This document shows, piece by piece, positions 1 to 7,552 of a DNA stretch of 25,602 nt (its first letter is position 1; every line of letters begins with the position of its first letter). The stretch spans positions 1 through 25,602 of the forward strand of contig JBDTTN010000001.1 of assembly GCA_039930625.1 (NCBI GenBank), read 5' to 3'. Made by a program: the position numbers and the translations under genes. The notes beneath the pieces were generated by a model that was not told where the DNA came from, ran no database searches, and saw nothing but the letters and a program-made list of their open reading frames with translations. The stretch is from Gemmatimonadota bacterium (lineage in GTDB: Bacteria; Gemmatimonadota; Gemmatimonadetes; Gemmatimonadales; GWC2-71-9).

Positions 1-394
1 CGCAGAGGGGCTCGACGCCCCGAGGGCCGTCGCTCCGGGGCAGGCAGGCGTCGGCATCCTGCAGGCCTTCGGCCAGGGTACGGAGGAGATTTGGAGAGAC
101 GAAGGGCATGTCCCACGCGGCGAGGACAACCGGGGCCGGCGCCTCAAGGACCGCGGAGTAGATGCCTCCTAGGGAGCCCATTCCGGGCCGTGCATCGGGA
201 ACCACCCGGAGATCGGCGCGCCAGGTACCGGCGTCCGGGGCGTTGGCGACAAGCAGCGGCAGGGCACCGAAGGCAGCTTCGAACGCGGCGACGAGCCGAT
301 CGAGGATCCGGATGCCGCCGACCAGCTCCAGACCCTTCGGCCGGCCGCCGAATCGGCTGGCCTGGCCGCCAGCGATGATGGCCCCGTGAATCAA
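1..394 (-). CDS. mobA: Molybdenum cofactor guanylyltransferase (N-terminal part; runs off the window start)
   Basis: Absent from the ORF track; translated by hand from TTG at 394, which overlaps the upstream stop: (M)IHGAIIAGGQASRFGGRPKGLELVGGIRILDRL...GMGSLGGIYSA...AWDMPFV...GVEPLC. Contains the MobA-type AGGxxxRxGxxK, GPL/SLxGI and DMPF motifs. Confidence 0.85.
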   Translation of the reverse strand, partial: MIHGAIIAGGQASRFGGRPKGLELVGGIRILDRLVAAFEAAFGALPLLVANAPDAGTWRADLRVVPDARPGMGSLGGIYSAVLEAPAPVVLAAWDMPFVSPNLLRTLAEGLQDADACLPRSDGPRGVEPLC

Positions 395-1182
395 TAGCGC
401 TTCCCGCGTTTGCGTTCGAGCACCACGTCGAAACCGACGGTGAAGCTCAGGAGGTGCTTTCCCACCGGCGCGCTGCCGGGGATCAGGCCCTGGCGGTCGG
501 TGGGCCCATTGATCGCGGGAACTCGGACCCAGTTGTCCCGCACCTCGAACCGAAGCTGGTAACCGCGCCCGACCACCGCCACCACGCCGCCACCCAGCGA
601 ATAGTACGGCTGCAGGTTGGCGGGATTGCCGTCGTCGTAGAGTGGCAGGTCCGCGGTGCCGCCGGAAGTGGAGTGGCTGCCGCCGGTCTTGAGGAAGCTC
701 TGCTGCGAGACCACGAAGCCGAGGTTGCCCCGGATGTACGGGTGCACCGGCTGATTGCTCCAGATACGGTAGATACCTCCAACGGAGACGGCGGCGGAGG
801 TGGCGCTCCGGGTCGAGCGGTTGAGGGAGCTGCAGAGGTCGGAGGTGATGGCTGCTCCCTGCGTGGCCACCAGGCTGCAACTGTCGCGGGTGCCGAGTCC
901 GAGAAGCTGCGCCTCGACGTTGAATCCCAGATGCTCACCCGGGAAGTAGGTGCCCGAGAAGACCACGTCGAGGCTGTTCCGGAAGTGGCGGGAGACCGAG
1001 AGGGTATCCACGACGCCGCTCGCCACATCGAACGGCTGGTTGCCGACGGTCCACAGCGTGCCGCCACCGGTCGTCTCGCCGATTCCGATCGTGAACATCA
1101 GGCGGGCCTGATCGACGGTGGACTGGGCCGAGACAGCGGCCGGGATCAGGAGCAGGATTGTCAGGCAGTGCAGATGGCGCAT
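391..1182 (-). CDS. Exported hypothetical protein, predicted outer-membrane beta-barrel (263 aa)
   Basis: Start set at ATG 1182 (TGATG overlap with the upstream stop). Signal peptide MRHLHCLTILLLIPAAVSAQ, alternating amphipathic strands (YSLGGGVVAV, YQLRFEVRD, LSFTVGFDVVL), one Cys pair. Fold is inferred. Confidence 0.7.
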   Translation of the reverse strand: MRHLHCLTILLLIPAAVSAQSTVDQARLMFTIGIGETTGGGTLWTVGNQPFDVASGVVDTLSVSRHFRNSLDVVFSGTYFPGEHLGFNVEAQLLGLGTRDSCSLVATQGAAITSDLCSSLNRSTRSATSAAVSVGGIYRIWSNQPVHPYIRGNLGFVVSQQSFLKTGGSHSTSGGTADLPLYDDGNPANLQPYYSLGGGVVAVVGRGYQLRFEVRDNWVRVPAINGPTDRQGLIPGSAPVGKHLLSFTVGFDVVLERKRGKRY

Positions 1183-1601
1183 CAGGTGCTCGTGAGCCAC
1201 GGGTGATCCACCATGAGACAACGGTTCATGACCACGGGAATGCCGGCCGACTCGAGGCCCGCGCGCACTCCTTCGTCCGCCACCCCGACCTGCATCCACA
1301 CCAGCTTCGGGTGCAGCGCCACCAGATCGTCGGCCAGGGCCGGCACCGCATCGGAGCGCCGGAAGATGTTGACGATGTCGATCGGACCGGCAGCGGCGGC
1401 GGCAGCGCGCAGATCCGGATACGCCAGTTCCCCCAGAATCGTCTCACCGCCGGGCCGCACCGGTACGATCCGATAGCCAGCCTCCTGCAGGTACTCGGCG
1501 ACCTCGTGACTGGGCCGGTCCCGCCGCGGCGAAAGGCCGACGATGGCTATGGTCCGGCTCTGTCGGAGCAGTGCGCCCAGCGTGGCGCGTTCATCGCTCA
1601 T
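1182..1601 (-). CDS. CoA-binding protein (YccU-like, CoA_binding_2)
   Basis: IAIVGLSPRRDRPSHEVAEYLQEAGYRIVPVRP, DIVNIFRRS, VWMQVGV and VVMNRC are characteristic of the family. Confidence 0.9.
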   Translation of the reverse strand: MSDERATLGALLRQSRTIAIVGLSPRRDRPSHEVAEYLQEAGYRIVPVRPGGETILGELAYPDLRAAAAAAGPIDIVNIFRRSDAVPALADDLVALHPKLVWMQVGVADEGVRAGLESAGIPVVMNRCLMVDHPWLTST

Positions 1602-1714
1602 GCGAGGCTTCGCGATTGTGGAGGAAGACGAACGATCTGTCGCCGACCGGCCGTCGCTGGAACCGTGGAGACGGTGGCCCGGCTTGCCACGAGCACACCG
1701 TCAGTCGCGGTAGT

Positions 1715-2131
1715 TCAGTCGAGGCCGGTGCACTCCGCGTGCAGCGTCGAGTCCTCGGCAATCCGGACCCGCGTCAGGCGCACGCCGGAAGGGAGACGTC
1801 CCGCAATGCGACGAAACAGGTATTCGGCGAGCGCTTCACAGGTCGGGATCCGGGCTCCGCCGGCGAACCCGTCCACGTCCCGGTTCAGGTCCTTGCCCTC
1901 GAGCGGAGCCCGCACCTCGTCCGCGAGGATCCGGTCCAGCAGGGCGAGGTCGACGAGCATCCCCGATCGGCTGTCCACCGGTCCCGACACGGAGACGGCG
2001 CAGGTGTAGTCGTGCGGGTGGGATTCGGTGAGCGGGCCGAAGCTGGCCCGGTTCTGCTCTGCCGACCAGGCTGCCATCCAGAGATGATGGGTGGCGTGGA
2101 ACTGCAGCACCCGCGTCAGGCTTGTCGGCAT
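1715..2131 (-). CDS. 6-pyruvoyl/6-carboxy-tetrahydropterin synthase family protein (COG0720, QueD-like), non-canonical active site
   Basis: Start set at ATG 2131 (MPTSLTRVLQFHATHHL). HxH-D-Y zinc motif, GMLVDLALLD, LN, PTCEALA and C-terminal EDS match the T-fold PTPS family. Confidence 0.85.
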   Translation of the reverse strand: MPTSLTRVLQFHATHHLWMAAWSAEQNRASFGPLTESHPHDYTCAVSVSGPVDSRSGMLVDLALLDRILADEVRAPLEGKDLNRDVDGFAGGARIPTCEALAEYLFRRIAGRLPSGVRLTRVRIAEDSTLHAECTGLD

Positions 2132-2139
2132 GCGACCCG

Positions 2140-2859
2140 CTAGAACGAGTAGCTGAGTCCCGCCCGGAATTCGCGCGCACCGCTCCACTCCTCGCGCTTG
2201 CTTCCCGGCAGAACGGAGTTGGGGTGTTTGGTAACGTCCCCCGACGGTTGCGCGGCCGGATCCAGATTGTAGGCGAGCGGATACTTGAGTTTCCAGAAGA
2301 GCTGGCGCGCCTCCAGCCGTACGTGCAGCGACTTGCTCAGAAAGATCCGGAGGCCTGCCGCAGGCGCCAGGTAGATCTTGCCGCCGAACTTGTAGCCGCT
2401 CGAGTCCTTCACCGAGGCCGGGAGGCCCCCGCCATCCATGAAGCCCGCGGAGCCGCCGATGAACGGCGCGAGCCGGTTCCAGCTCTTCCGCCCGGTGAAG
2501 TTGATCTGCAGTGCCAGCTCCAACATCGTGACGGCCTGCTTCGCCGGTCCGTCCACCCGATTGGCGACGCTGTCCGCGGCGCTGACAACCAGGCGCTCCA
2601 GATCGCCGCGCGCGACGCTCAGGCCCAGCTGAATCGGCGCGCCCACCCGGACATCGAAGCGCACCCCGTAACTCTGACCATTGTGCGGACCGACGCCGAT
2701 CGAGCCGCCATCCCCACCGATATCACCGACCAACAGGGTGAAGGAGCGGCCGCCCGGAATGTCGCGGTAGGGGGAGGAGCCAGGAGGGTGTCCCACCTGC
2801 GCGGCGAGGGGGCCCGCCAGCACCATCAGGGTCAGGGTACGCGTGAGGAGTCGATGCAT
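2140..2859 (-). CDS. Outer-membrane beta-barrel protein (hypothetical, 239 aa)
   Basis: Signal peptide (MHRLLTRTLTLMVLAGPLAAQ), amphipathic strands, and C-terminal FRAGLSYSF ending in Phe, as typical of BAM substrates. Confidence 0.75.
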   Translation of the reverse strand: MHRLLTRTLTLMVLAGPLAAQVGHPPGSSPYRDIPGGRSFTLLVGDIGGDGGSIGVGPHNGQSYGVRFDVRVGAPIQLGLSVARGDLERLVVSAADSVANRVDGPAKQAVTMLELALQINFTGRKSWNRLAPFIGGSAGFMDGGGLPASVKDSSGYKFGGKIYLAPAAGLRIFLSKSLHVRLEARQLFWKLKYPLAYNLDPAAQPSGDVTKHPNSVLPGSKREEWSGAREFRAGLSYSF

Positions 2860-2865
2860 TGGGGA

Positions 2866-2871
2866 ATAGTA
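2866..2871 (-). promoter_or_regulatory. Candidate sigma70 -10 box TACTAT, 6 nt before ATG 2859 (leaderless-type spacing)
   Basis: Minus strand reads cccct-TACTAT-tcccca-ATG; no Shine-Dalgarno. Confidence 0.55.
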
Positions 2872-2878
2872 AGGGGGG

Positions 2879-3001
2879 GAGTTCCGAGTTCCGAGTTCGA
2901 TATCCGGAGGATCGGCGCAGGGGATTGGAATTCGATGCTCGGCCTCAACCCGGAACTCGCAACTCGGAACTCGGAACTCGGAACTCGGAACTCGGAACTC
3001 G
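2879..3001. repeat. Heptamer inverted/tandem repeat element A (GAGTTCC x3, spacer, CGGAACT x7)
   Basis: gagttcc gagttcc gagttcg at 2879-2899; cggaact units at 2951-2999 (one unit cgcaact). The arms are reverse complements. Confidence 0.95.
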
Positions 3002-3004
3002 AAT

Positions 3005-4558
3005 CTACATCACCCGCAGATCCCGACCGGTCATCTCCGGAGGCGGTTCGATGCCGAGGAGACGAAGCACGGTGGGTCCGACGTCACACAGCGCGCCGCC
3101 ATCGCGGAGACCGCGAGCCCCGGCGCGGATCGCCACCAGCGGCACCGGGTTGGTGGTGTGGGCGGTGTGCACGCCACCGGTGGCCGGATCGATCATCTGC
3201 TCGCAGTTGCCGTGGTCCGCGGTGACCAGCACCGTGGCGCCCGCCGCCTCCGCGGCGGCGAGCACGCGGGCGAGACAGCGGTCTACCGTTTCCACCGCGG
3301 TGATCACCGCCGGGAGCACGCCGGTGTGGCCCACCATGTCGGCGTTGGCAAAATTGCAGAGCATGAAATCGTGGGCCTTCCGCTCGATCGCCTGCACCAG
3401 CACATCGGTGATGCCGGCCGCGCTCATCTCCGGAGCGAGATCGTAGGTCGCTACCTTCTGCGAGGGTACCAGCGAGCGCTCCTCGCCCTTGTACGGCGGC
3501 TCATAACCGCCATTGAAGAAGTAGGTGACGTGCGGGTACTTCTCGGTCTCCGCCGTGCGCAGCTGGGTACGGCCGTGATTGGCCAGGACCTCCGCAACGA
3601 TCTTCGCCATGGTGAAGGGCGGGAATGCCTGCGGCACCGGAAAGGTCCGGTCGTACTGGGTCATGGTGACCATCGCGAGTCGCGGGCGACCCGAGACGTC
3701 GAACCCGTCGAAGCCTTCGATCATCAGTGCCCGGACGATCTGCCGCATCCGGTCGCTGCGGTAATTGAAGCAGAAGACCCCATCGCCGTCGCGGAGCGGC
3801 GCGACGGGGGCCCCGTCCCGCTGCAGGACGATCGGTTTCACGAACTCATCGGTTTCGCCCCGCGCGAGCGCCGCCTGCACCGCGGTCGCGGCATTGTCGG
3901 CGGGCGCGCCGATGCCGCGTACTATCGCATCGTAGGCGATCCGGGTTCGCTCCCAGCGGCGGTCCCGGTCCATGCCGAAGTAACGCCCCACCAGCGAGGC
4001 GATCACCGCCTTGCCGGGCGCGAGTCGCGCAATGTCCTGCTCGAGCTGTCGTACTACCTGTGTGCCGATCGCGGGGAGAGTGTCCCGCCCGTCGAGGAAA
4101 CCGTGAATGGCGATGCGGGGCACCTCGGCCCGGACGCCGAGTTCGATGCAGGCGAGCAGATGCTGGTCGATGGCGTGCACTCCGCCGGGCCCGAGCAGGC
4201 CGACGAGATGCAGGGTGCCGCCGCTCTGCTTCAATTGCGCGCAGAGGGCGCGGAGCGGCTCGAGCTGGAAGAACGATCGGTCGGCGATGCTCTGGGAGAT
4301 GCGGACCAGGTCCTGCGGAACGATACGCCCGGCGCCGAGGTTGAGGTGTCCCACCTCGGAGTTGCCCATCTGGCCCTCGGGTAATCCAACCGGGAGTCCG
4401 CTCGCGTGGAGAAGGGTACGCGGCTGACTCGCCCAGAGCCCATGCCAGATGGGCGTTTGTGCCAGTTCGATCGCGTTGCCTTCACGGCCTTCCCGGTAGC
4501 CCCAGCCGTCCAAAACGACGAGGATCACCGGACCCGCCGGCCCGTGCGTGTTTGACAT
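3005..4558 (-). CDS. gpmI: 2,3-bisphosphoglycerate-independent phosphoglycerate mutase
   Basis: VLDGWG, GQMGNSEVGH (catalytic Ser), AETEKYPHVTYFFNGG, NFANADMVGHTG, TADHGNCE, HTAHTTNPVP. Confidence 0.98.
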   Translation of the reverse strand: MSNTHGPAGPVILVVLDGWGYREGREGNAIELAQTPIWHGLWASQPRTLLHASGLPVGLPEGQMGNSEVGHLNLGAGRIVPQDLVRISQSIADRSFFQLEPLRALCAQLKQSGGTLHLVGLLGPGGVHAIDQHLLACIELGVRAEVPRIAIHGFLDGRDTLPAIGTQVVRQLEQDIARLAPGKAVIASLVGRYFGMDRDRRWERTRIAYDAIVRGIGAPADNAATAVQAALARGETDEFVKPIVLQRDGAPVAPLRDGDGVFCFNYRSDRMRQIVRALMIEGFDGFDVSGRPRLAMVTMTQYDRTFPVPQAFPPFTMAKIVAEVLANHGRTQLRTAETEKYPHVTYFFNGGYEPPYKGEERSLVPSQKVATYDLAPEMSAAGITDVLVQAIERKAHDFMLCNFANADMVGHTGVLPAVITAVETVDRCLARVLAAAEAAGATVLVTADHGNCEQMIDPATGGVHTAHTTNPVPLVAIRAGARGLRDGGALCDVGPTVLRLLGIEPPPEMTGRDLRVM

Positions 4559-4580
4559 GACTCTCCGGCGTTTCTACAAT
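4552..4580 (+). promoter_or_regulatory. Near-consensus sigma70 promoter TTGACA-N17-TACAAT
   Basis: TTGACA at 4552-4557 (overlapping the first gpmI codons), 17-nt spacer, TACAAT at 4575-4580, and GTG start 7 nt later. Confidence 0.8.
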
Positions 4581-4587
4581 CGAGGTC

Positions 4588-5574
4588 GTGCGAGACGCGC
4601 CACAATCTACTTCGCCCCTCTGCCGCCTACCAGCCTTGGCGGCTGTTCTCCTCACACTGCTCGCGACATCGCTCGCGGGGCAGGCCACCCTCCGGCTTGC
4701 CCAGCAGACCCGATTCACCAAGGTCCCCGGCGGGGCCGCGCTCGGAACGCTGCAGGTCGGCGCCGAAGTTACGCCCGGCAGGACCTCCGGCGCGGCGACC
4801 GAGATTGCCCTCGAGGGCTGGTTCCCCTCTGCCTCCCTGGGGCCGATGAAGCGCGATGGCTTCGATGTCGCCGTCTCGAAGCGACCTTCGGAGCTGCTGC
4901 GCCAGGCACCCGACGGGCCGGCCACCGCCAAGGTCTCCCCCGGTGTCGGCTTCATCAAGGTGGAGACCCGCGGCACGTGGACCCGGGTGAAGCGCACCGC
5001 GTGGGTCGATCGCAAGGCGCTGCAGGCGGTCTCAACGCCCGTGGTGCAGCAGGTCACCGGCCCCGATCAGGCGGAGGTGACCCAGAAGTCGGCGCTCGCC
5101 ATCGTGCCCGGTGGCGCGACAGTGGGGTCGATCGACTCCGGTGCCGGTGCGCGCGTGCTCGCGCACTCCGGCGGATGGAGCCGCATTCAGGTCGAGGCCT
5201 GGGTGCCGGACAGCGCGCTGCGGCCGACCGATCGCAGCGTACTCGTCGGTCTGAGCCAGGCCGAGGTCCGTGCCAATCCGGCGAAGTATGTGGGTCAGGT
5301 GGTGGAGTGGCGGGTGCAGTTCGTCGCCATCCAGAAGTCGGATGAACTCCGGCCGGAGATCCCCGAGGGATTGAACTATCTGCTCACCCGGGGGCCGCTG
5401 CCCGAGCCGGGGTTCGTCTACATCATCATCCCGTCGTCCGCGGTGGCGCAGTTCCAGGCGGTGCCCGCGCTGCGGGAACTCACAATCCGCGGTACCATCC
5501 GCTCCGCCACCACAAAGTACCTGCCGACTCCGGTGCTTGAGCTGGTCGAAGTGGTGGCGGGGCTGGGCAAATAG
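4588..5574 (+). CDS. Exported hypothetical protein with three SH3b-like repeats and a possible C-terminal OB-like domain
   Basis: Signal-like segment (LAAVLLTLLATSLAGQ); three ~45-50 aa beta-rich units each ending W-x4-L (GWFPSASL, AWVDRKAL, AWVPDSAL); GC-biased codon usage. Domain names are inferred. Confidence 0.75.
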   Translation: MRDAPQSTSPLCRLPALAAVLLTLLATSLAGQATLRLAQQTRFTKVPGGAALGTLQVGAEVTPGRTSGAATEIALEGWFPSASLGPMKRDGFDVAVSKRPSELLRQAPDGPATAKVSPGVGFIKVETRGTWTRVKRTAWVDRKALQAVSTPVVQQVTGPDQAEVTQKSALAIVPGGATVGSIDSGAGARVLAHSGGWSRIQVEAWVPDSALRPTDRSVLVGLSQAEVRANPAKYVGQVVEWRVQFVAIQKSDELRPEIPEGLNYLLTRGPLPEPGFVYIIIPSSAVAQFQAVPALRELTIRGTIRSATTKYLPTPVLELVEVVAGLGK

Positions 5575-5611
5575 TTCGGGCGGGAGGGTAACCTTTTCGG
5601 GTACGAGGCCG

Positions 5612-5617
5612 TACCTT
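5612..5617 (+). promoter_or_regulatory. Candidate -10 box TACCTT, 6 nt before ATG 5624
   Basis: g-TACCTT-ctgcct-ATG; no Shine-Dalgarno in between. Confidence 0.5.
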
Positions 5618-5623
5618 CTGCCT

Positions 5624-6007
5624 ATGAACGATCTCCTCAAGCAGCGCATCCTCCGCCGGCTCGAGAGTCTGCCGGACGAGCGCGCCTACCAGATTCTCGA
5701 TTTTGTGGAATTCCTCGAGAGCAAGTACGCCGAGCGCGCCGCACCGAGCGGAATTCTGGCCCGGATCACCGATACCGTCGAAGACACCATGCGCGCGGCG
5801 AAGCTGCCGGTGCAGGCGATCAGCGGCACGGTCGGTGTGATGGACAGCGCCAGCCGGATTATGAAAGGCCTCGCCGCGGCGGGGCAGGCCGTGGTGGACG
5901 AGGCGGTGAAGGCGGCCAAGCCGACCGCCGTCAGCCCGCAGCCGTCCGGGCCGAACCCCCAGGTCCCGCCCGCTCCCCCTCCCTCGCCGTTGAAGGCCGA
6001 CGGCTGA
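5624..6007 (+). CDS. DUF2281-like small protein with Pro-rich tail (127 aa)
   Basis: Start set at ATG 5624. LESLPDERAYQILDFVEFLESKY resembles the DUF2281 signature (LPxxxxxEVLDFIEFL). Confidence 0.75.
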   Translation: MNDLLKQRILRRLESLPDERAYQILDFVEFLESKYAERAAPSGILARITDTVEDTMRAAKLPVQAISGTVGVMDSASRIMKGLAAAGQAVVDEAVKAAKPTAVSPQPSGPNPQVPPAPPPSPLKADG

Positions 6008-6032
6008 AGGCTCACCGCTGATGGCTGATTCA
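5920..6032. repeat. Heptamer inverted/tandem repeat element B (GCCGTCA-like x4, spacer, TGANGGC-like x6) overlapping two CDS ends
   Basis: gccgacc gccgtca gcccgca gccgtcc (5920-5947); tgaaggc cgacggc tgaaggc tcaccgc tgatggc tgattca (5991-6032). Confidence 0.75.
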
Positions 6033-7469
6033 GGCTCATCTCCCGCGACGGAATTCGTTCGCGGGATCGGTCCGATTGCGGCGATCTCAATGGTCGTCGG
6101 CACCATGATCGGGTCCGGCATCTTCATCGTCTCCGCCGATATCGGTCGGCAGGTGAACGACTGGGGACCGGGAGCGCTGCTGCTGATCTGGCTCATCACC
6201 GGACTGATGACGGTGACCGGCGCGCTGGCCTATGCCGAGCTCGCGGCCATGATGCCGGACGCCGGCGGACAGTATGTCTTCTTGCGCGAAGGGCTCTCGC
6301 CGCTGGTGGGCTTTCTCTTCGGATGGACCCTCTTCACGGTCATCCAGACCGGGACCATCGCAGCGGTCGCCGTAGCCTTCGGCAAGTTCCTGAGCGTGCT
6401 GGTCCCCGCCGTCACCCCCGACGTCTTCCTCTCCCTGGGGCATCTTCCGATGCCCGGCGGCGCCATCGAACTCGGCGTCTCGTGGCAGCGGATCGTCGCG
6501 CTCGTCATCGTGGCATCGCTCACCGCCCTGAACGTGCGCGGCGTAACGCTTGGCGCGAGGGTCCAGACGGTCTTCGCGGTGGCCAAGGTCGGTGCACTCG
6601 CGGCGGTCGTGCTCTTCGGTCTCACCCTGGCGCCGAAGGCGGCGGCGGTCGCGGGGCAGAGCTTCTGGGGCACGGGGAGCTGGAGCCTCGCCGTCATCCC
6701 CCTCTTCGGCGCCGCGATGGTCGGCTCGCTCTTCTCGGCGGATGCGTGGAACAACGTGACTTTCGCCGCCGCGGAGGTGCGCGACCCCAAACGCAATCTG
6801 CCGCTTGCGCTGGGTCTCGGCACCGCGACGGTCAGCGTGCTCTATCTGCTCGCCAATCTCGCCTACCTGAGGGTGCTACCCTTCGCCGGCGATCCCGCCG
6901 GTCTCGACGCACTCTCGCGCGGGCTGCAGCACGCGGCGCAGGATCGGGTCGGCGTCGCCGCCGCGGAGGTGATGTTCGGCCCAGTGGGCGGAGTGCTGAT
7001 GGCGGTCGCGATCATGCTCTCCACGTTCGGATGCGTGAACGGGCTGGTCCTCGCCGGACCGCGGGTCTACTACGCGATGGCAGAGGACCGGTTCTTCTTC
7101 TCGCGCGCCCGCGAGTTGCACCCGACCTTCAAGACCCCGGTCTTCGGCCTGGTGGCGCAGGCGGCATGGGCGATGGTGCTCTGCCTGAGCGGGAGTTACG
7201 GCAACCTGCTCGACTACGTGATCTTCGCATCGCTGCTCTTCTATTTCTTCACCGTGCTCGCGCTCTTCCGCCTCCGCGCCACCCGACCCGACGTACCTCG
7301 GCCGGTCCGGGCATTCGGCTATCCTGTCGTTCCGGCGCTCTACATGGCGGCCGTGTTCCTGCTGATGGTGATCCTCCTCTTCGAGAAGCCGCTCTACACC
7401 TGGCCCGGGCTGGTCATCGTGGCGCTGGGGGTGCCGGTGTTCTATCTCTGGCGCCGCGGTGCGGCCTGA
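6021..7469 (+). CDS. APC-superfamily amino acid permease (LAT/SteT-like)
   Basis: [11 protein letters not shown] (TM1), [38 protein letters not shown]; about 12 hydrophobic segments. Confidence 0.93.
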   Translation: MADSGSSPATEFVRGIGPIAAISMVVGTMIGSGIFIVSADIGRQVNDWGPGALLLIWLITGLMTVTGALAYAELAAMMPDAGGQYVFLREGLSPLVGFLFGWTLFTVIQTGTIAAVAVAFGKFLSVLVPAVTPDVFLSLGHLPMPGGAIELGVSWQRIVALVIVASLTALNVRGVTLGARVQTVFAVAKVGALAAVVLFGLTLAPKAAAVAGQSFWGTGSWSLAVIPLFGAAMVGSLFSADAWNNVTFAAAEVRDPKRNLPLALGLGTATVSVLYLLANLAYLRVLPFAGDPAGLDALSRGLQHAAQDRVGVAAAEVMFGPVGGVLMAVAIMLSTFGCVNGLVLAGPRVYYAMAEDRFFFSRARELHPTFKTPVFGLVAQAAWAMVLCLSGSYGNLLDYVIFASLLFYFFTVLALFRLRATRPDVPRPVRAFGYPVVPALYMAAVFLLMVILLFEKPLYTWPGLVIVALGVPVFYLWRRGAA

Positions 7470-7478
7470 CCCCGCGCC

Positions 7479-7508
7479 TTGCGCCCCCCCAGTGCCGGGC
7501 CGTAAACT
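7479..7508 (+). promoter_or_regulatory. Candidate sigma70 promoter TTGCGC-N18-TAAACT upstream of guaB
   Basis: TTGCGC at 7479-7484, TAAACT at 7503-7508. Confidence 0.55.
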
Positions 7509-7513
7509 TCAGG

Positions 7514-7552
7514 ATGGAACTCCAAATTCAATTCGGAACGCCCGCGTCATGA
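7514..7552 (+). other. Possible 12-aa upstream ORF ([12 protein letters not shown]) whose stop overlaps the guaB start
   Basis: ATG 5 nt after the TAAACT box; TGA at 7550-7552 overlaps guaB ATG 7549-7551 (ATGA). Confidence 0.3.

Noticed and set aside
1715-1717. Programmed read-through of the QueD-like stop into the following open frame
   Set aside because: The protein is already full length for the family and the extension resembles nothing recognisable.
2859-3446. Repeat-encoded peptides such as GTRNSELGTRNSEL (also in ORFs 13169..14068 and 8699..9079)
   Set aside because: Three heptamers make 21 nt, so any frame gives a 7-aa repeat; these ORFs continue antisense into real genes.
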